DNA from: the human T2T-CHM13v2.0 reference genome, Homo sapiens
Assembly: GCF_009914755.1 (NCBI RefSeq)
Contig: NC_060935.1
Length of the DNA stretch: 64,000 nucleotides
Direction: 5' to 3' (one strand)
The stretch's first letter is position 1; each line of letters begins with the position of its first letter. Of the stretch, positions 45,441-61,009 are shown in pieces. A model generated the notes under the pieces. That model was given only the letters and a program-made list of their open reading frames with translations, was not told the origin of the DNA and did not search any database. The translations under genes and the position numbers were made by a program.

Positions 45441-46314
45441 AGAATGATTGTGTTTTAAGCCAGGAAGTGGCATGAAGAGATTAGTATTTGGCGATGATTA
45501 TTCTCAATGAAGTGTGGACAACAGATGTTAAGGAAGTAATTTTGGCAATTACATTACTTTGTATAGTTAATCATCGCATCAGTAAAATTTTGTTAGTGAC
45601 AAGGACTACATTTCAAGTTAATTATGTGTGTTACATATAGGAGGGATTCTGTTGTGACTAAATATTTTACTTATCAGTAAATTTATTTTGCTAAATACTA
45701 AAACATATAATTCTAAAACTGGAAATCTGAAAGGGCCTAGCTCATACTGTACCTCCCACCCACTGTCTAAACCCCTTCTCTGACAGTCCCCAACCAAAGG
45801 TAACCTACACTCTGTTTGAATTCTTCCACATAACAGGCTGTTCCACTGTTCTATTTTGTTTTCTTACACTAGGATGAAATCTGTGTCTCTGTAACTTCCA
45901 CCCACAGAGCTACTCTGCATAATAATTTTCCTAAGACAGACATTCAAAAACTGAAGATAAAAGTGGTATAATTTCCTAAATCAATCTTGCTTTCTCCATG
46001 CTAAATACAATTAGTTGCTTCTACAATTGTTGATATAATTTTAAGACTCCATCATCTTTGTGCACCAATATTCAGTACATTCTTGACAAAAGGTCATTGC
46101 CCAGAGCAGTGCTGAAGACTATCATCTCTGTTACTACGGATGCTATCTGCTAATTTTAAGATTGTGTTATCTTTTATGGAAATTATGTCACATAAAGGCT
46201 CATCTTGAGTTTCCAACATATAGGTTTTCTTCACATGAATTTCCTATTAAACAATGATCCCTTTATCCTATACTCAAAAGAAAAAAATGGGAGCGGGTGA
46301 GAGAAGGTACATAA

Positions 46315-46694
<380 letters not shown>

Positions 46695-47629
46695 TGAAAG
46701 CTTTACATTTATGTTTTTCACATCTTCATCCAAATTTTTGGCAAAGCTATTAAAATGTACCAAATCCTATGAAATAGCTGACTCTAGAGAGGACTTACAA
46801 ACTACCTGTTTTGGCAAATTAACTTTCAAATGAACATTTTGTTCTCAACTGGAAATTTTCTCAACAAATTAAGGGAACATAAGATGATATTCTACATGTA
46901 AATATGTACACTAAACTATTGTTCAAAGGGAGTTGAAAAAGCCAGAGAGGTTAGTTTGAATAATTGGTCATTTTTCTGGGTGCTTCTTGGTGAGTCAACA
47001 ATTAGGAAAACAAAATTAAAAATAACGAAAACTTAAAGTGATAAAATATTTTAAAATTCTGATTTGGCATTGGTGTTTGTCTAAAAATATGTAAATTTGT
47101 GCTCATTGTGATCAATTTTATTGACTCTTCTATCCCAAGGAAAATTTTAATCAAACCAAATGATGCCCATACAAAGCCTAATTCTTTAGTGCTTTAGAAT
47201 AAAAAATCTGTAGTTCTTTCATGGCGCCTTACAAACCATCCAGTTCAACCTTCTTTTTGCCCTGTTTACACTGCTAGTTCATAAAGCTGCAAGAATGGGA
47301 ACCCAAGTCTCCTCTTCATGGTCTGTGTCACTTCCCTTGCAATGCATCACTCCCCAGAACAGAGTTGCAAATTCGGACACCTTGCCTAATGCTCTTTCCG
47401 TATTTTTACACTTTCTTACTCTTTCAGTTGCTTATACTGTTACCCAATCAACAAATTTTCCTCTCATTTTATGTAAATCTTGACAAAGGCTTCTCATATT
47501 GGACTGTACATAGTTATTACCTGATGGGCTATTTTAAAATAAACCACTTTCTACTACCAAACTTCTGAAGTTGTTATTCCTTAGGTCTCGGGTGGAGTTC
47601 TGAGCCAGGATCAGCACTCATTGATTTAG

Positions 47630-47870
47630 AGGACAATTTGAAGTCACATAAACCTGAATATGAAGCCCCTTAACTAGCTGTGTGGTCTTAGGTAACTATG
47701 TGACTTTATCTCAGTCTCATTTTCCTCATCTGCAAAATGAAAATAATAATAATAATAATAATAAGATACCTACCCCAAAGGGTTATTGTATATATTAAGT
47801 GAGCATATATAGTATTTAATGCAGTGCTTGACATATAGTAAGAAGTCAACAGAAGTTATTATCATCATCC
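47630..47870 (-). mobile_element. MIR containing (AAT)n
   Basis: ctcattttcctcatctgcaaaatg core. Confidence 0.7.
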
Positions 47871-49358
47871 TAGTGTCCCTTGTCATCCACACATTTAAAC
47901 TAGTTTCAGAATTTAAATGAACTTATGGCATGGCTTCCTGCAAATCTCCAGGCTGCCTTTCCAGCCACAGCTTTGGAAAGTGACATTCTCATTGTAGTTG
48001 TATAAACTGAGCTTTATTTCACTCATATGATCTAAAGAATTCAAAGAAAGTTCTAGGCAACTATGTGTTCTATAAATATATGGTGGATGAATGAATGAAT
48101 GAATGAATGAGGCTAAGAGATGATCCTTCAATGCCCTTATTTTAGAAAAAGAGAATACCAAAAGTGATTACCCAGGAAATCCAGTTAAGATCTGGAATCA
48201 GAACTCAGGACATACACTTTCCATCCTCTTGCTCAGGCTCAGCAGCTCTGCCTCCACCCTCCACTCTCTCTCTATTCCACCACTTCAGAGGCTGGGATTG
48301 CCTCTGGAACAGCACCCAATTAAAGAAAAGTTTCAAAGCCACTATAGCTTTTCTATGAGACTGCGTAGATGATCTAGTCCAACCTCCTTTTTTTTGGTCC
48401 CAACTTATATTCCAAGTCAGTAAACAGGCCTAACTGATGATACCATTAGGCTACTTGGCTACATATACTTTTATATTATATGCCTCAGTTTAGCTCCCAG
48501 ATGCATTATGAAGATTAGCTAACCCAAGTTGTTACTACCTATCTCAGTTGACACTACAGATCCACAGCTCAGACTGCTGCTATCCCTTCTATTTGTATTG
48601 GCATTGTACCTGTTCCAACCCCCAGGATAACTACCAGATGGACTCTTTATTAATCTTTCAGTCACAAAGAAAGTGAAGAAAGTGTCCGAGTGTCACTTTC
48701 TCTGTAAGGGCTTGCTAGGGCCCATATCCCTATCTCCACCCTCACTTATAACTCTCCAAATTTCCCTTTTACATATATTTAGACAAATCTGGAGCATCTT
48801 TCTCCGTGTTTCCTTTTTGCCTTTCACCATATCTCTCCTAGAGCACTTAATTCTTTCTATTATAATGGTTTACGTATTTATCTCCTTGTCTCCCATATAA
48901 AGCTAGCAAGGGGCTGCACAGGCAAGTGGAAAAGCCCAAACTGCCTCTTACCTTTGAGGACCTCAAAAATGCATGGTTATTAATAAATAAAATTGTTTCT
49001 AATAAGTACTCTTTGGGGAAAATATGTTCTGAGCAACGAAAGTCAACAAAAAATAGTCACGAGACAGATACATGAACAAAAAGAGAAACCACATAAAGTA
49101 AGCTGTACAATTTTTCAAAGCTATGGTAAGCATATTTTTATGGTCTATATAGTAATCAAAAAGGTCTATGGCAGAAAATTGGAAAAAATTTATTTTTCCT
49201 ATGCCTATAAGTCAAAACTGTAGTCCTAATTAATATCACTAGGTTCATATCATTAATAAATTATAATGGGAATAAAAATTTTGAATATAGTAGGCATTCC
49301 ATGGGAACAAGACTGCACTTAAGAATAAAAAATGACATTTCAGTGAAGGACTGATTAA

Positions 49359-49703
<345 letters not shown>

Positions 49704-51747
49704 TTTATTACCTAACTGTTTTGATAAGGTTATTTTGATAAGGTTTCATATGAAAACAATGATGAAGAACATGTCATGAGTAACCAGAAAATGATGAACA
49801 ATAATTGAAGCAATCATTTCTTTTAAAAAAAATTCTGAAAATAAACTACCAATTCAGTGTTCTTGGGGTATAACCAAAAGCTCATGTATGTACCTTAATG
49901 CCATAATAAACCATAATTCATTCCAAATGATCCCAGCTCATTTCTGTTAACTAGCTTCCCTGGAGACTTTTAACTATGATGTAATTTTTGACTCAAGTTG
50001 ACCTATCTTCTCATCTATAATCTGCTTTTTTTTCCTTAATACTGTCTCCAAAAGAAGCTATCAATTCTAAAGAAAAAAAAGGTGTAATTTTTTTTTCATA
50101 AAACTAAAGGGGCTACCAAAAATATACAGTTCATAATGACTTTATATTCAGATTTCCTTATGCTTAACTCAAATCTTTTCTATTTGTTTTATGTCATCAT
50201 TTTTTTATCTACGCTTTCTAAAAATGACATTCTTCCATTTTCAGTGGGAATGTGGTTTTTCCCTAGAAAAGCTATTAAAAGTCAGAAGGACACATAGCTA
50301 TTACAGAGAGAGAAGAAAGCAGTATTATAACATATTTTTGTCCCAATTTTGTCTACCTTGTCTTTCCAGTGCCAAAAGCACAGAGGGCAGAAAACATTCA
50401 CTTCTAGACTCTGTGCCTGTCTGGCAAAGTTAAACTTCAACATAAATGGCATTCAGAGTTGCATATGAACACAGCCAGGGGTTTCTAAAGACAATATTGT
50501 CTAGTGAACAGTTCACCAGGTGTAAATGATTATGAAATTTTAATCACAATTAATACCTGTGACCTCTACCAAGGCCACTTGTCTCCAGAACCTAGAATTG
50601 AAGAATTTGAACAACAGTAAACACTGCCTTCACTTTTCCTTATAGAAATGTATCAAGTGAAAAAGGTTTGACCTCTTTGGCTGAAAAACATTATTGAAGT
50701 GGAAATATTTTTTGGTTCATCTATTAAATTCCTATCAATATTTATACCCATCCCTTATTCTAGACATCTTTCTAAGTCTCAACAAGGTTTCAAAACTTAC
50801 AGAGCATTTGATTTTATGTCACTCTTACATTTTCCTCCCTCTACAGAAATTATCTGTGCACAGGAGAAGGCATGGAGAAGTTGAAAGTGTTTTGCAGAGA
50901 GCATGGTTGACTAGATAACTGAAACAGGCCTTGTGTCTCCTACATCATGGGTTCAGCACATCCGATCACAATTACTGAGCGTTTAGTTACCTCTCATCTA
51001 CTCCTCATCAAAAACAATCATTCCAAAATGTTGCCTCATTCCTCTTTATCTTTAAACCATTTTTAATTTTTCAACATTCCTCTGAAAATTAGAAGCCAAA
51101 AAGATATACTGGTGGCCTGAATAAACAAAAAAAAAAATGAGAGAAAACGCACATGACAATGATACCTCTTCATTTATTGGAATTTTAATCAGACTATCCA
51201 TAATGATATATATTAAAACTCATATAGTGAATATAGGATATTCAATATAAAGATCTTTTTCTCATGTCTCCTAAGCATAGCCTACTTAAACATATTGTCT
51301 ATTTTACTCCTCCTGAACTCAATCCTATTTCTTATTAACTTTTACTAATTGAATCTATAAAATTGTTTTTAAATTCTATCTCTGTCCTCAAAATACTAGC
51401 AATCTTAGCTAACTCGGCATGTCTTTTAACTATGACTTTCAACTTTTGAATGAAGTCGACTCTCTTCCAGTCTTTCCTTGGGGAAAAAAAACAAAACACT
51501 GCCTCCAAAATAAGCTATCAATTCAAAGAGAAAGAACTCTGTATGCAAAGAAAGAGCCAAAATGCCTAACACAGTAGGTACTCAGTTAAGAGGGACTAAA
51601 TGAATGGATAATTTGGTACAGACTATTTTCCTAAATTTCCTGATATATACATGTTAAAGCATTAGATTCTTCTGACAAACTCTTCACAGAGTTCAATTGG
51701 CCAACATGCAGTGGACCACACTAGTGCAGTTGTTGGGAAAATAACGT

Positions 51748-51821
51748 TTAGTTTGGTGCAAAATTAATTGCGGTTTTTACTTTCCATGGCAAAAACCACA
51801 ATTACTTTTGCGCCAACCTAT
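51748..51821. mobile_element. MADE1 (Hsmar1 MITE), palindromic
   Basis: ttagtttggtgcaaaattaattgcggttttt...aaaaaccacaattacttttgcgccaaccta. Confidence 0.9.
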
Positions 51822-53299
51822 TAAATTAAATCAAACATAAGATGATGTATTTGTAGTCCTCTTTTCTCCAATTGACAATCACTGCATAGTTTCCAAATGT
51901 TACAAAAAAAGGTTTACAGCATCAGTGCCACATTTTTACAAAGACAAAGGAAATGCAATTCAAATTTAATCTTTTTTTTCTCTAAAAACTAATATTGAGT
52001 AAGACCAATACATCACATCTTGGAATTTCTTTAAAAAGTAAAATGACATACAGAAACACTTTTCTAATTGTACAAGTAAATTTCTACAAGGATATTCACT
52101 GCCGTATGATCTATAATACCAAAAAAAAAAAAAAAAAAAGGAATTAAAGTTGTCCAACAATTGAGAAATGCAAAATAAATTATGGTGTACATTATGGCAT
52201 TATGGTGCACTATGTAGTCATTAAAGATAAAATTAATTAGCCTCACATAATAGAAATGAAATAGTAATATCCATCCAGATTACTGAATAATATGCACATG
52301 TATATATGTGTATCTACATGTACAGTCATTGATATATAGACATAAACATAAATGAAAGCGATTCAGGTGGTTACTTCTAAGATGTAGAGGGAAGTTTCTA
52401 TTTTTTTCTATTGTATCATCAGTGTTTAATATACAGAATCAGGTATTTCTTTTGACATTTAATATATTTTAATAATTAAGTACCAAGAATTCAATGGATA
52501 AATAAGCCGTACAAAGTCACAATAAAAGAAATTAAATGGGTTAATATACTTTGAAAATCTAATAACATGTCCAAAGGACATATGAAAACAGAGGGGGTAT
52601 TCTACACAATGATGTTTTTCATTGCAGTTTATAAGTCAGTAAATAACAGAAGCCAACTGCATTTGCAGAAATATGGGAGTGTTTAAGTTTTGTGTTTTAT
52701 TTATTCAGTGAAATATTAAAAATAAACAACATATGCTTAAGGAGTTTGTGATAACAGAGATAAATCTAATGTGATATTTATGCTACATTTTACAGTAGGA
52801 AACAAAACTGTTGATTCTGAATGATCACACTGCTACTTAAAAAAATAAAAAACTTGTACTGAGGACATGCACCAAAATGTTAATGGTGGTTATGTGTGAG
52901 TGATGATATATATAACATTTTTTAATTTTCCCCTATTTTCTATAATAAATAGGAAAACAATTAGTAAATATAAAACAGTTATAAGAAAAATTATTTTTCT
53001 TAAGAAAATAAGGTAGGGCAAGTCTTAAAAATACAATTTGAAGAATAATATTGTCTTCAAATATTGATAATATTTAAAAACTTTCCATTTCTACTTTTGT
53101 GCATTTTTCATTATTCCCTAATGGTATGCATTATGTTCATACTGGAAAATGCATGATAAACTTCTAAAAATTACCTTGAAAATATTTAATGGCTTAGGAT
53201 GGAATCTTTCAGAAGGGTATTAAGCTGCTGATCCCTTTTCTTCTAGACTTTTGATAACTGAGGATATATTAACGTAAAGCGCAGGCTTCAACAGAATAG

Positions 53300-53362
53300 G
53301 TTAGGATGAGATGGAACGGGATAGGACAGGACAGGACAGAATACAATAGAATAGGAACAGGG
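53300..53362. repeat. Degenerate pentamer repeat (GGAYA/GAATA)n
   Basis: Read directly from the sequence. Confidence 0.7.
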
Positions 53363-54651
53363 AAGAGATAAAATTATAATAATTGATATTATACTATAGC
53401 AATCTAAGAAATAAGAGGGGTTCCAAGTAATATAGGGAAGAAATATTGAGGCACTGGGAGGGCACAATGGACAAAAATTCCTGACCCTTTAACACTACTA
53501 ACTGGCCCCAAACATTAAGTATTATCCAACCTCTGGTTCGCTGGTGATATCATATTTCCATACTATATTTCTTATGGTTTGCTTTTCTTGTGTGCTGTTA
53601 AGACATTTAGCAAACAATTTTGGAAAAAGTATTTTAACACATACTACAATTTTAATAAAGAAAATCCTAATATCCTGCCATGTACAAAACAAAACATCTC
53701 CACTCATATTCCATCTCACAACCTTCCTAACCTACGATTGCTCATTAGGGTTGGTACAAGCTATCTACTATACTGTACTTTGCAGTTCAGGAAGTTAGGG
53801 TGAGTTGTTTTCTACTTTTTTATTTACCTGTCTTTTAAGAAAATCCATTCCACTATTTGCACCTATCCTTTTAATGTTCTCTTTTATATTTTTTATTCCA
53901 TTGCCTAGTACTCCCAAGCTTGATGTTACATTTGTCAGGCTTGTTGTTTTTACTGTAACTATATATATGTAGCTTTTTTTGGTTAAATGGTTACTATTAT
54001 GCGCAGTTCATAAGAAAGATATATAGAAGTTAAATCATACTTAAAATACTCACTACATTCATTCCCTACATCACACAATATACTTTAGTTTTCTTGCTGA
54101 AAACTAGTTATTAAAATCAAATATATTAATATTTGTAAACTCATTCCACATGGTGATATTATTTTCACATTTATCCTAATCTGACTAAATCCAACTCCTA
54201 TAACAAGTAACTAAAAAAATGCTATTTTTTAAACAAAATGAACAACTTATTTGTGCTCCTTTTTAAAAGAAAACCTAGTAGGCAGATCCAACAAAATACC
54301 ATATAATAATTATATTACAACAGTATCCTTTATATTCATGATGATGCTATTTGAAGCAGCAGGATATTAGAGGTAATCTGAGTTTACATGCCTGGAAGAA
54401 TGGATATATAAAAAGTGGTAGATGCAAACAATGGAATACCATGTAGCAGTTGGTAGCAAGAAACAAAAGAAGCACACGGCCACATAAATAGACTTCAAAA
54501 ATATAATAACAGATGAGAAAAATTAGGAAACTAAATAAGTCCTATGATCCAATGCCATTTTTGTGAATTAGAAGATACATATACATAAAACACCGAAAAA
54601 AGGATAAACATCAAGCACATTAGAAAGACTGCTATTGTAAGGGGGAGAATG

Positions 54652-55180
54652 CAGTGGTCCTCAACCTTTTTGGCACCAGGGACTGGTTTTGGGGAAGACA
54701 ATTTTTCCAGATTGGTGGAGGGGGCAGTGGTGGTTTTGGGATGATTCAACTGCATTACATTTATTGTGCACTTCATTTCTAGTATTATTACATTGTAATA
54801 TATAATGAAATAATTATACAACTCACCACAATGGAGAATCAGTGATTGCCCTGAGCCTGTTTGCCTGAAACTAAATGGTCCTATCTGGGGGGTGACAGGA
54901 GACAGTGACAGATCATCAGGCATTAGATGTTCATAAGGAGCTTGCAACCTAGATCCCTCCTGCGCAGTTCACAATAAGGTTCATGCTCCTAAGAGAATCT
55001 AATGCTGCAGCTGATCTGACAGCAGGTGGAGCTCAGGTGGTAATACAAGCAATGGGGAGCCGCCGTAAATACAGATGAAGTTTTGCTTGCCTGCCAGCTG
55101 CTCACCTCCTGCTGTGTGGCCCGGTTCCTAACAGGCCACGAACTGGTCTCTGTCTGTGGCTTGGGGACTGGGGACCGCTG
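54652..55180 (+). mobile_element. MER1A (hAT-Charlie), full length, inside old L1 sequence
   Basis: Terminal inverted repeats cagtggtcctcaa / tggggaccgctg; about 529 bp. Confidence 0.88.
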
Positions 55181-55886
55181 AAAGAGTGGGATTGGATAAT
55201 GGAGAATGATTAAATTGATAAATTAATGAATGAATGAAGAAGAAAGTAAAAGGAAGTCTGGCACAGACCCATGAGGATAGTGTGTTATGAACTGAGGTAT
55301 ATGTTTAATTAAATATCCTGTACTTGATATCAAAAAAGTTTTTAAAACTTTTTTGTTTTTATGGAAATAATTCACTGTTACTCTCCTATAAAATGGGTCT
55401 TTTTCATGTGTATATCAATTTATGAGCTGCTTGACGAAGGTTTTATAAAGGCCAAGAATTTGGGAGCTAAAATGTGGAAACCACAGCCAATTGGAAAACA
55501 ATTAACTGTGAGCTTAAATATTTTTGAAATTCTAACTAAGAAAATAATATATACTGTCATTGGCAAAATATTTTTTCATATCACTTCAAAATGCATGCTT
55601 TGCTCTAAACTAGAAGGTATTTTCTCTTAACTGTTGGAAATTTTTATAATCATTAACAAATGTTTATAAATAAATTTCAACTTCAAAACATTCTTAATTC
55701 CAAAGATGTTTTCTGAAATAGATAAGTCTTAGCATTGTCATAAATTTGTCTACTATAACTTGCCGTTAGGATGAAGGGAATTAACACTTTTTGAGAGTCT
55801 TACACTCATTTCTTCCTCACCTTGGTTAATCTTTTCCTCTCTTTCCCTGCCCCTGTCCCCTGACAAAAAAAAATCTTATAAGCGAT

Positions 55887-55980
55887 ATATTAGGTTAAAC
55901 TAAACACAGGTTAACCTAAATTGTCATTTTTGTAAGTCAAAATGTTTCTATATTGAAATTTTCATGTAGCTCAATTAATA
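55887..55980. mobile_element. MADE2-like mariner MITE, degenerate
   Basis: tattaggtt...aaattgtcatttttgtaagtcaaaatg...tttcatgtagctcaattaata. Confidence 0.6.
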
Positions 55981-56555
55981 ATATAAATCTCAACTGAAAA
56001 CTGAGAAAACTAAGGCTTTCAAAATTTTAATAAATCATTTACAGGTATATTTGTTAAGAGGTGAAGTTGAGATTTCAACTTAAATCAATTTTCCACAAAA
56101 TCCATGTTCTTTTCATGACATCATGCCACTCTCACTGATATTGTCGACTTTTCACAAATATTACCATAGTTGATATTTGAGCTGATAGACACTATGTGCT
56201 CAGGAAAAGGTGATAGCAGACACTTGATTTTATCAAGAATCAGAATGACGGTCATAAAGGACTTTAACGAATTAACTTTCATATACCTAAAATTTGTGCA
56301 CTGAACAAAATGTATTTTCTTCAAGCATGACACACTCATTTAAACCCAGTACAAGTCTAAGACCAATTTTCTTCAAGTAGATCAAAGTTAAAGAAACCCT
56401 GTAGATCCATTCTCAGCCCATAAAATAAACTCTTCCAAGATTTACGTTTGACTCATTCTTTCACTCTTATGTTTTTTAAAAATGTACAAAATCAAAATAG
56501 TAAATGTTAGTTCAGTGATGGGTTCTACACAGTCCAAGCCCATCTGCAACCCCAG

Positions 56556-56683
56556 AGAATAATCACTTGAGCCAAGGAGTTTAAGGCTGTAGTGCACTAT
56601 GATCATGCCTGTGAATAGCCACTACACTCCAGCCTGGGCAACATAATGAGATCCTGTTTTGTTTCATCTTAAAAAAAAAAAAA
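56556..56683 (+). mobile_element. FAM-type Alu monomer, partial
   Basis: Retains the 7SL-like gcctgtgaatagccact; A tail. Confidence 0.8.
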
Positions 56684-57569
56684 ATGAAATGTGGCCAAGG
56701 AAAATCAGTGAGAAATAAAAGTAATCTCATCACCTTATCTCCTAAGTATTCTCAATAGGTGGTTATTTTCTTGTTCTACAACTTTCTCATCTTATGAGAT
56801 CTTCACCCTCCTTGAAGTCTATGCTTCCATATAAGGTAGAGTAGCAGGGATTTTATTCAGTATAAGATGCTAAAGGAAAAGCACGTAAAGGAAGACATAT
56901 TGGAAGAAAAGGAAGCTTACAAAGAGAATCAAAAGTATAGCATGGGGATAAAAGAAACTTGTTTGGATCACTGCCACTCCAGATCCTCCCACCGGACCTT
57001 AGCTTTCTATGATCACATTAATGAGATTATTTGCAATTTGAAATCAGGTATTTGAAAATTTGATCATAAAGAAAAGAGATATAGTCAGAAAGGCATTCCA
57101 TATAATCTTTTCTTTATTATACCCTATTGTTAAAATGCCTCCATTAGAAAAAAAACACTCAGCTATATAAAATTATTATACTTTGGTTATATCACTCATC
57201 TCTTCTTCCCTTAAAATATATCAGACCTCTGAAAGTCTTGATATGTGTCTGGAGACCTTGAACAATCCTTTCATGGGTTCCCATATCCATGAAAACCTTT
57301 GATAGTTTCCATTTAGAGATGAGAGCCATTGTCAAATTCAACTTTCTAATTTCTAAAGATGAACACAATTTCTACTGATTGAGCAAAGTCCTTCTTTTCC
57401 TTTATTTACTTTTCCTTTAGTCTCATTGTCAGAACTGAAAGTAAACTACTTTTCACTAGACACTAACTTTTTATCGCATTGCTCGGGTTTTATTATATCA
57501 CAAACTTGCTTTAGGATGTAATTCTAGGAATCACATAGACTCACTCACTACCTGTGTAATTTGCTCTTT

Positions 57570-57794
57570 CAGTCATCCCTTGGCATATGTGGGGGATTGG
57601 TTCCAGGATCCCCACATATAACAAAATCTGTGAATATTCAAGTGCCCCAGTGGGCCCCATGGAATTGGCCTCCAGGAAAAGTCGGTCCTTAGTATATGCG
57701 GGTTTCATATCCTGCAAATCCACATTTGGATGAAAACAATCTGCATGTAACTGGACCTGCACAGTTCAAATCTTTGCTGTTAAAGAGTCAACTG
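57570..57794 (-). mobile_element. MER8 (TcMar-Tigger MITE)
   Basis: cagtcatccctt...gggggattggttccagga...aagagtcaactg-ta. Confidence 0.8.
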
Positions 57795-60029
57795 TATATA
57801 CTTGTTTTGCTATTAAGTACAACATGTAACAGACTTTCACGATCCCACTTCAACAGTCACACTGCAAAGGTAAAGCATATTGCATGCTAAGGGTTGACTG
57901 CCATTTTTTTTGGCATGAAGACAAACGTCTCATTCCTTTCTTCAAACTTTCCTTAATGATGTCCAGGGGAACAATGTCATGGCACCATGACTGGAGCCTT
58001 AAAAGCTTTGTGAAATGATAGGAGACAAAAACACGACATAACAACAGTCTTCCACATCTGTGAAACTTAATTCTTCAAACTACTTTCTTATGTATTAAGT
58101 CATAATGCTCAGCACAATATTCTGAGATAAGTAGAATATTTCCATCATGTTTTCCTGGGGTATAAAACAGTAAGGTGAATTATTTTATGAGGCTGTGAAG
58201 GATAAGAGCAGAGGGAGGAAAGAAGACGACTGACATTTTTACAGCTCCTATTATGGAATAGACTTCATGTTAGGTGCTTATAATCAATGCGCAAATTGCT
58301 TACAAATTCTGTTCTTTAGCTTCCTCTCATGAATAGAACCTACCTTGTAGAATAGTGGAGACTGCAGCAAAGAACATAACAGGAACTTGGCACAATGTCA
58401 GGCCCATGAAAAGATTGCAATGAAAGCTAGCTCTAGCTATTATTATTATTTATTTTAATTTTCTTTAAAATTTATAGTAATCTGAGATAGGTAATTTATC
58501 TTATTTATCTGTTGAAATTCCAAGATTCAGTGAAGATTAATAAAAAGTATTAAGTAATGTTTTGTTGAATGAAATATGTTCCACCTCAAACTAAAATTCC
58601 ACCCAACAATCATAGCCAAATTGCCACAAACTTTTTGCCAATAGCAAATAGCAGTAAATAGCCTTCCTCTCTCCAGAGGATCAGGGAGGCAGCCAAAGGT
58701 CAACCAAAGGACTGAAGGTAACATGTTCCTACTGAGGAGCAAACATACAACCTCATCATCAAACAGCCATTTATTAAGCACCCTTGTGAGCACTGAAATA
58801 ATAGATCAAAGGGTAAATCTCTGTCCTAGGTGTCATCTCATATGCTCAGCATCTGTATGCTCAGCAAATCCCTTCCATCTTTATGTCTCTGAATTCTTTT
58901 TAACATATATATGTTATATATATATGTGTGTGTGTATATATATATACACAATACAATATTACCATTTGGTTCTATTCATAATATTGATGCCATTAATACT
59001 AATTACCATTATTTAATATTTATAGTAATAGTTATCAATTTGCTGAATGCCTATGTACCAAGTGCTAAGCACTTCACCTGCATTTTCTCATGTTGTCCTT
59101 CCATCTAAACTAAGAGTAGGGCTTAAGCCCTATTTTATGAGTAGGGTTTACACCTAGGCTGAGAGAATAGTATATCAAAATCACAAAGGGAGAGAAATGC
59201 TTAACCACAATTGAAATTCATATCCATATGGCTCCAAAGCCCATGACCTTTTCAGTAAGAAATTATAATTATTTTTCTCTCCAGAATTACTTAGGCAATT
59301 TTAAAATCAGTTTTATGATAAACACAATGCTTAGCATGATAGACATGAAGAAACACTGACCAGGAGTTAGAGGACCTACATTCCACATTCAGCTTTGCAC
59401 TGAGTCCATAAAGAAAGCATTTAACTATATGAAATTCATCCATCAAACAGGGTAAATGGACTAGAACAGTCCACAGTTCTACAGGCTCCTCTCCCTCCAG
59501 GCTGAGCATTGCCCAGAAGAAAGTATATACAACTATGACTAGGACTAGGGCTACGACGACTGCTACTATTATTGGCCTCAGTGGTGTGCAAGGTAAAGTA
59601 GTTCCTCAATATTCCCTACTTCCTTTTCTGGGAGTCAGTTCCCTGAATTCATACTCTTGATGCCAAGATCTAAAAAATCAAAATAAAATATTGATGCTAC
59701 TCCTCAGAGGTGCTAATTTATCTGATTTTCTTCTTTGAGGTAATGGAGGGAATAAAGGGTTGTGTAAGAGCATGTTTAAAATAGTTGTAGGGTAGGGCTA
59801 AGAATAAAGCTCGACAAACCTCTAAGGAGGAACATTACAATACCTTCCTAAAAAGGCCTGGGAAGGACCCTTTTGCCATGTCATTCTGGAATGCTAGTGC
59901 TCAGCTGGGCTTCTACAATTAAGGAGAAAAAAAAATACATTAACTTCAAATTAATTTCTCAAAATGCATGCTTAGCTTCCAGAGGAAGACTGACAAAGTT
60001 GGTATTTGTACCAAGTTGAATTTAACTCA

Positions 60030-60341
60030 CAATGTAACTATATTTGGACACAATCTTTAAAGGGGTAATTAAGGTTAAATGAGGTCATTGGGATGGGCCC
60101 TAATCCAATATGACTGGTGCCCTTATAAGAAGAAATTAAGACATACACACAGAAGGAAGGCCATACAAAGACATTGGAAGAAGAAAGCCCTCTATAAGTC
60201 AAGGAGAGAGGCCCTCAGAAGAAACCAACCCTGCTGACACCTTCATCTTGGACTTCTAGTTTCTAGAACTATGAAGAAATTTCTTTCCTTTAAACCACCC
60301 AGTCTGTGGTACTTTGTTATGGCAGCCCTAGCAAACTAACA
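60030..60341 (+). mobile_element. MLT1B-like MaLR LTR
   Basis: ggttaaatgaggtcat...ccctaatccaatatgactgg...ttgttatggcagccctagcaaactaaca. Confidence 0.85.
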
Positions 60342-60574
60342 GAGTAGGTATTAGTTATACAAGTCCACCTCATATATAAGAATAATGCATATATGCTTGA
60401 ATTTACTTCTGATCAAATACTTCTTAACAGATACAAAAAGCACACTAACATGCAAACAGCAAACAGAGGGAAACACAAACAGTATATTCAGCACCACCAT
60501 GGCAAAATGTATAAGGACCTTAGACAACAGTAGAGAATTGCAGGTTCTAACACTATCTGTTTCAGAACCTCACC

Positions 60575-60887
60575 TGGAAAGCAGAGTGATTGAGAGCATG
60601 GTGTTCAGTTTCAGACAGGTGTGGGCTCAACCTGGGCTTCTCTACTAGTCAGCTATGTAACCTAACTACTCAGAAAGTTACCGAACCACTCAGAATCTCA
60701 GTTTCTCAATTCTGTAAAAAGCAAATAGTTCCTAATCTAAGCTTCTTAATTCTGTAAAAATCAATAATTCCTATATTCTACTGTTGTTACAAGGATTCAA
60801 TTAAATATAAGGATTAAATGAGATTATAAAAGGGGCCAAGAACTGTGTCTGACACGTCATATATAATCAATAAATGGTAACAGTTGC
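60575..60887 (-). mobile_element. MIR with internal ~41-bp tandem duplication
   Basis: aattctgtaaaaa...ttccta occurs twice (about 60702-60780). Confidence 0.65.
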
Positions 60888-60962
60888 TATTAGGTTGAGC
60901 CATATAAAATGGCTGATATTTGACTGTTTCTGATCTACCAATCTATATGATTCAACCTAATA
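60888..60962. mobile_element. MADE2-like mariner MITE
   Basis: Inverted termini tattaggttgagccatata / tatatgattcaacctaata. Confidence 0.8.
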
Positions 60963-61009
60963 TTAATGTTGCAAAGAAACAACAGAGCACAATGGCTCAG
61001 AATACAAAT

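Noticed and set aside
56556-56683. 7SL RNA gene
   Set aside because: Partial, diverged FAM-type Alu monomer without the S domain.
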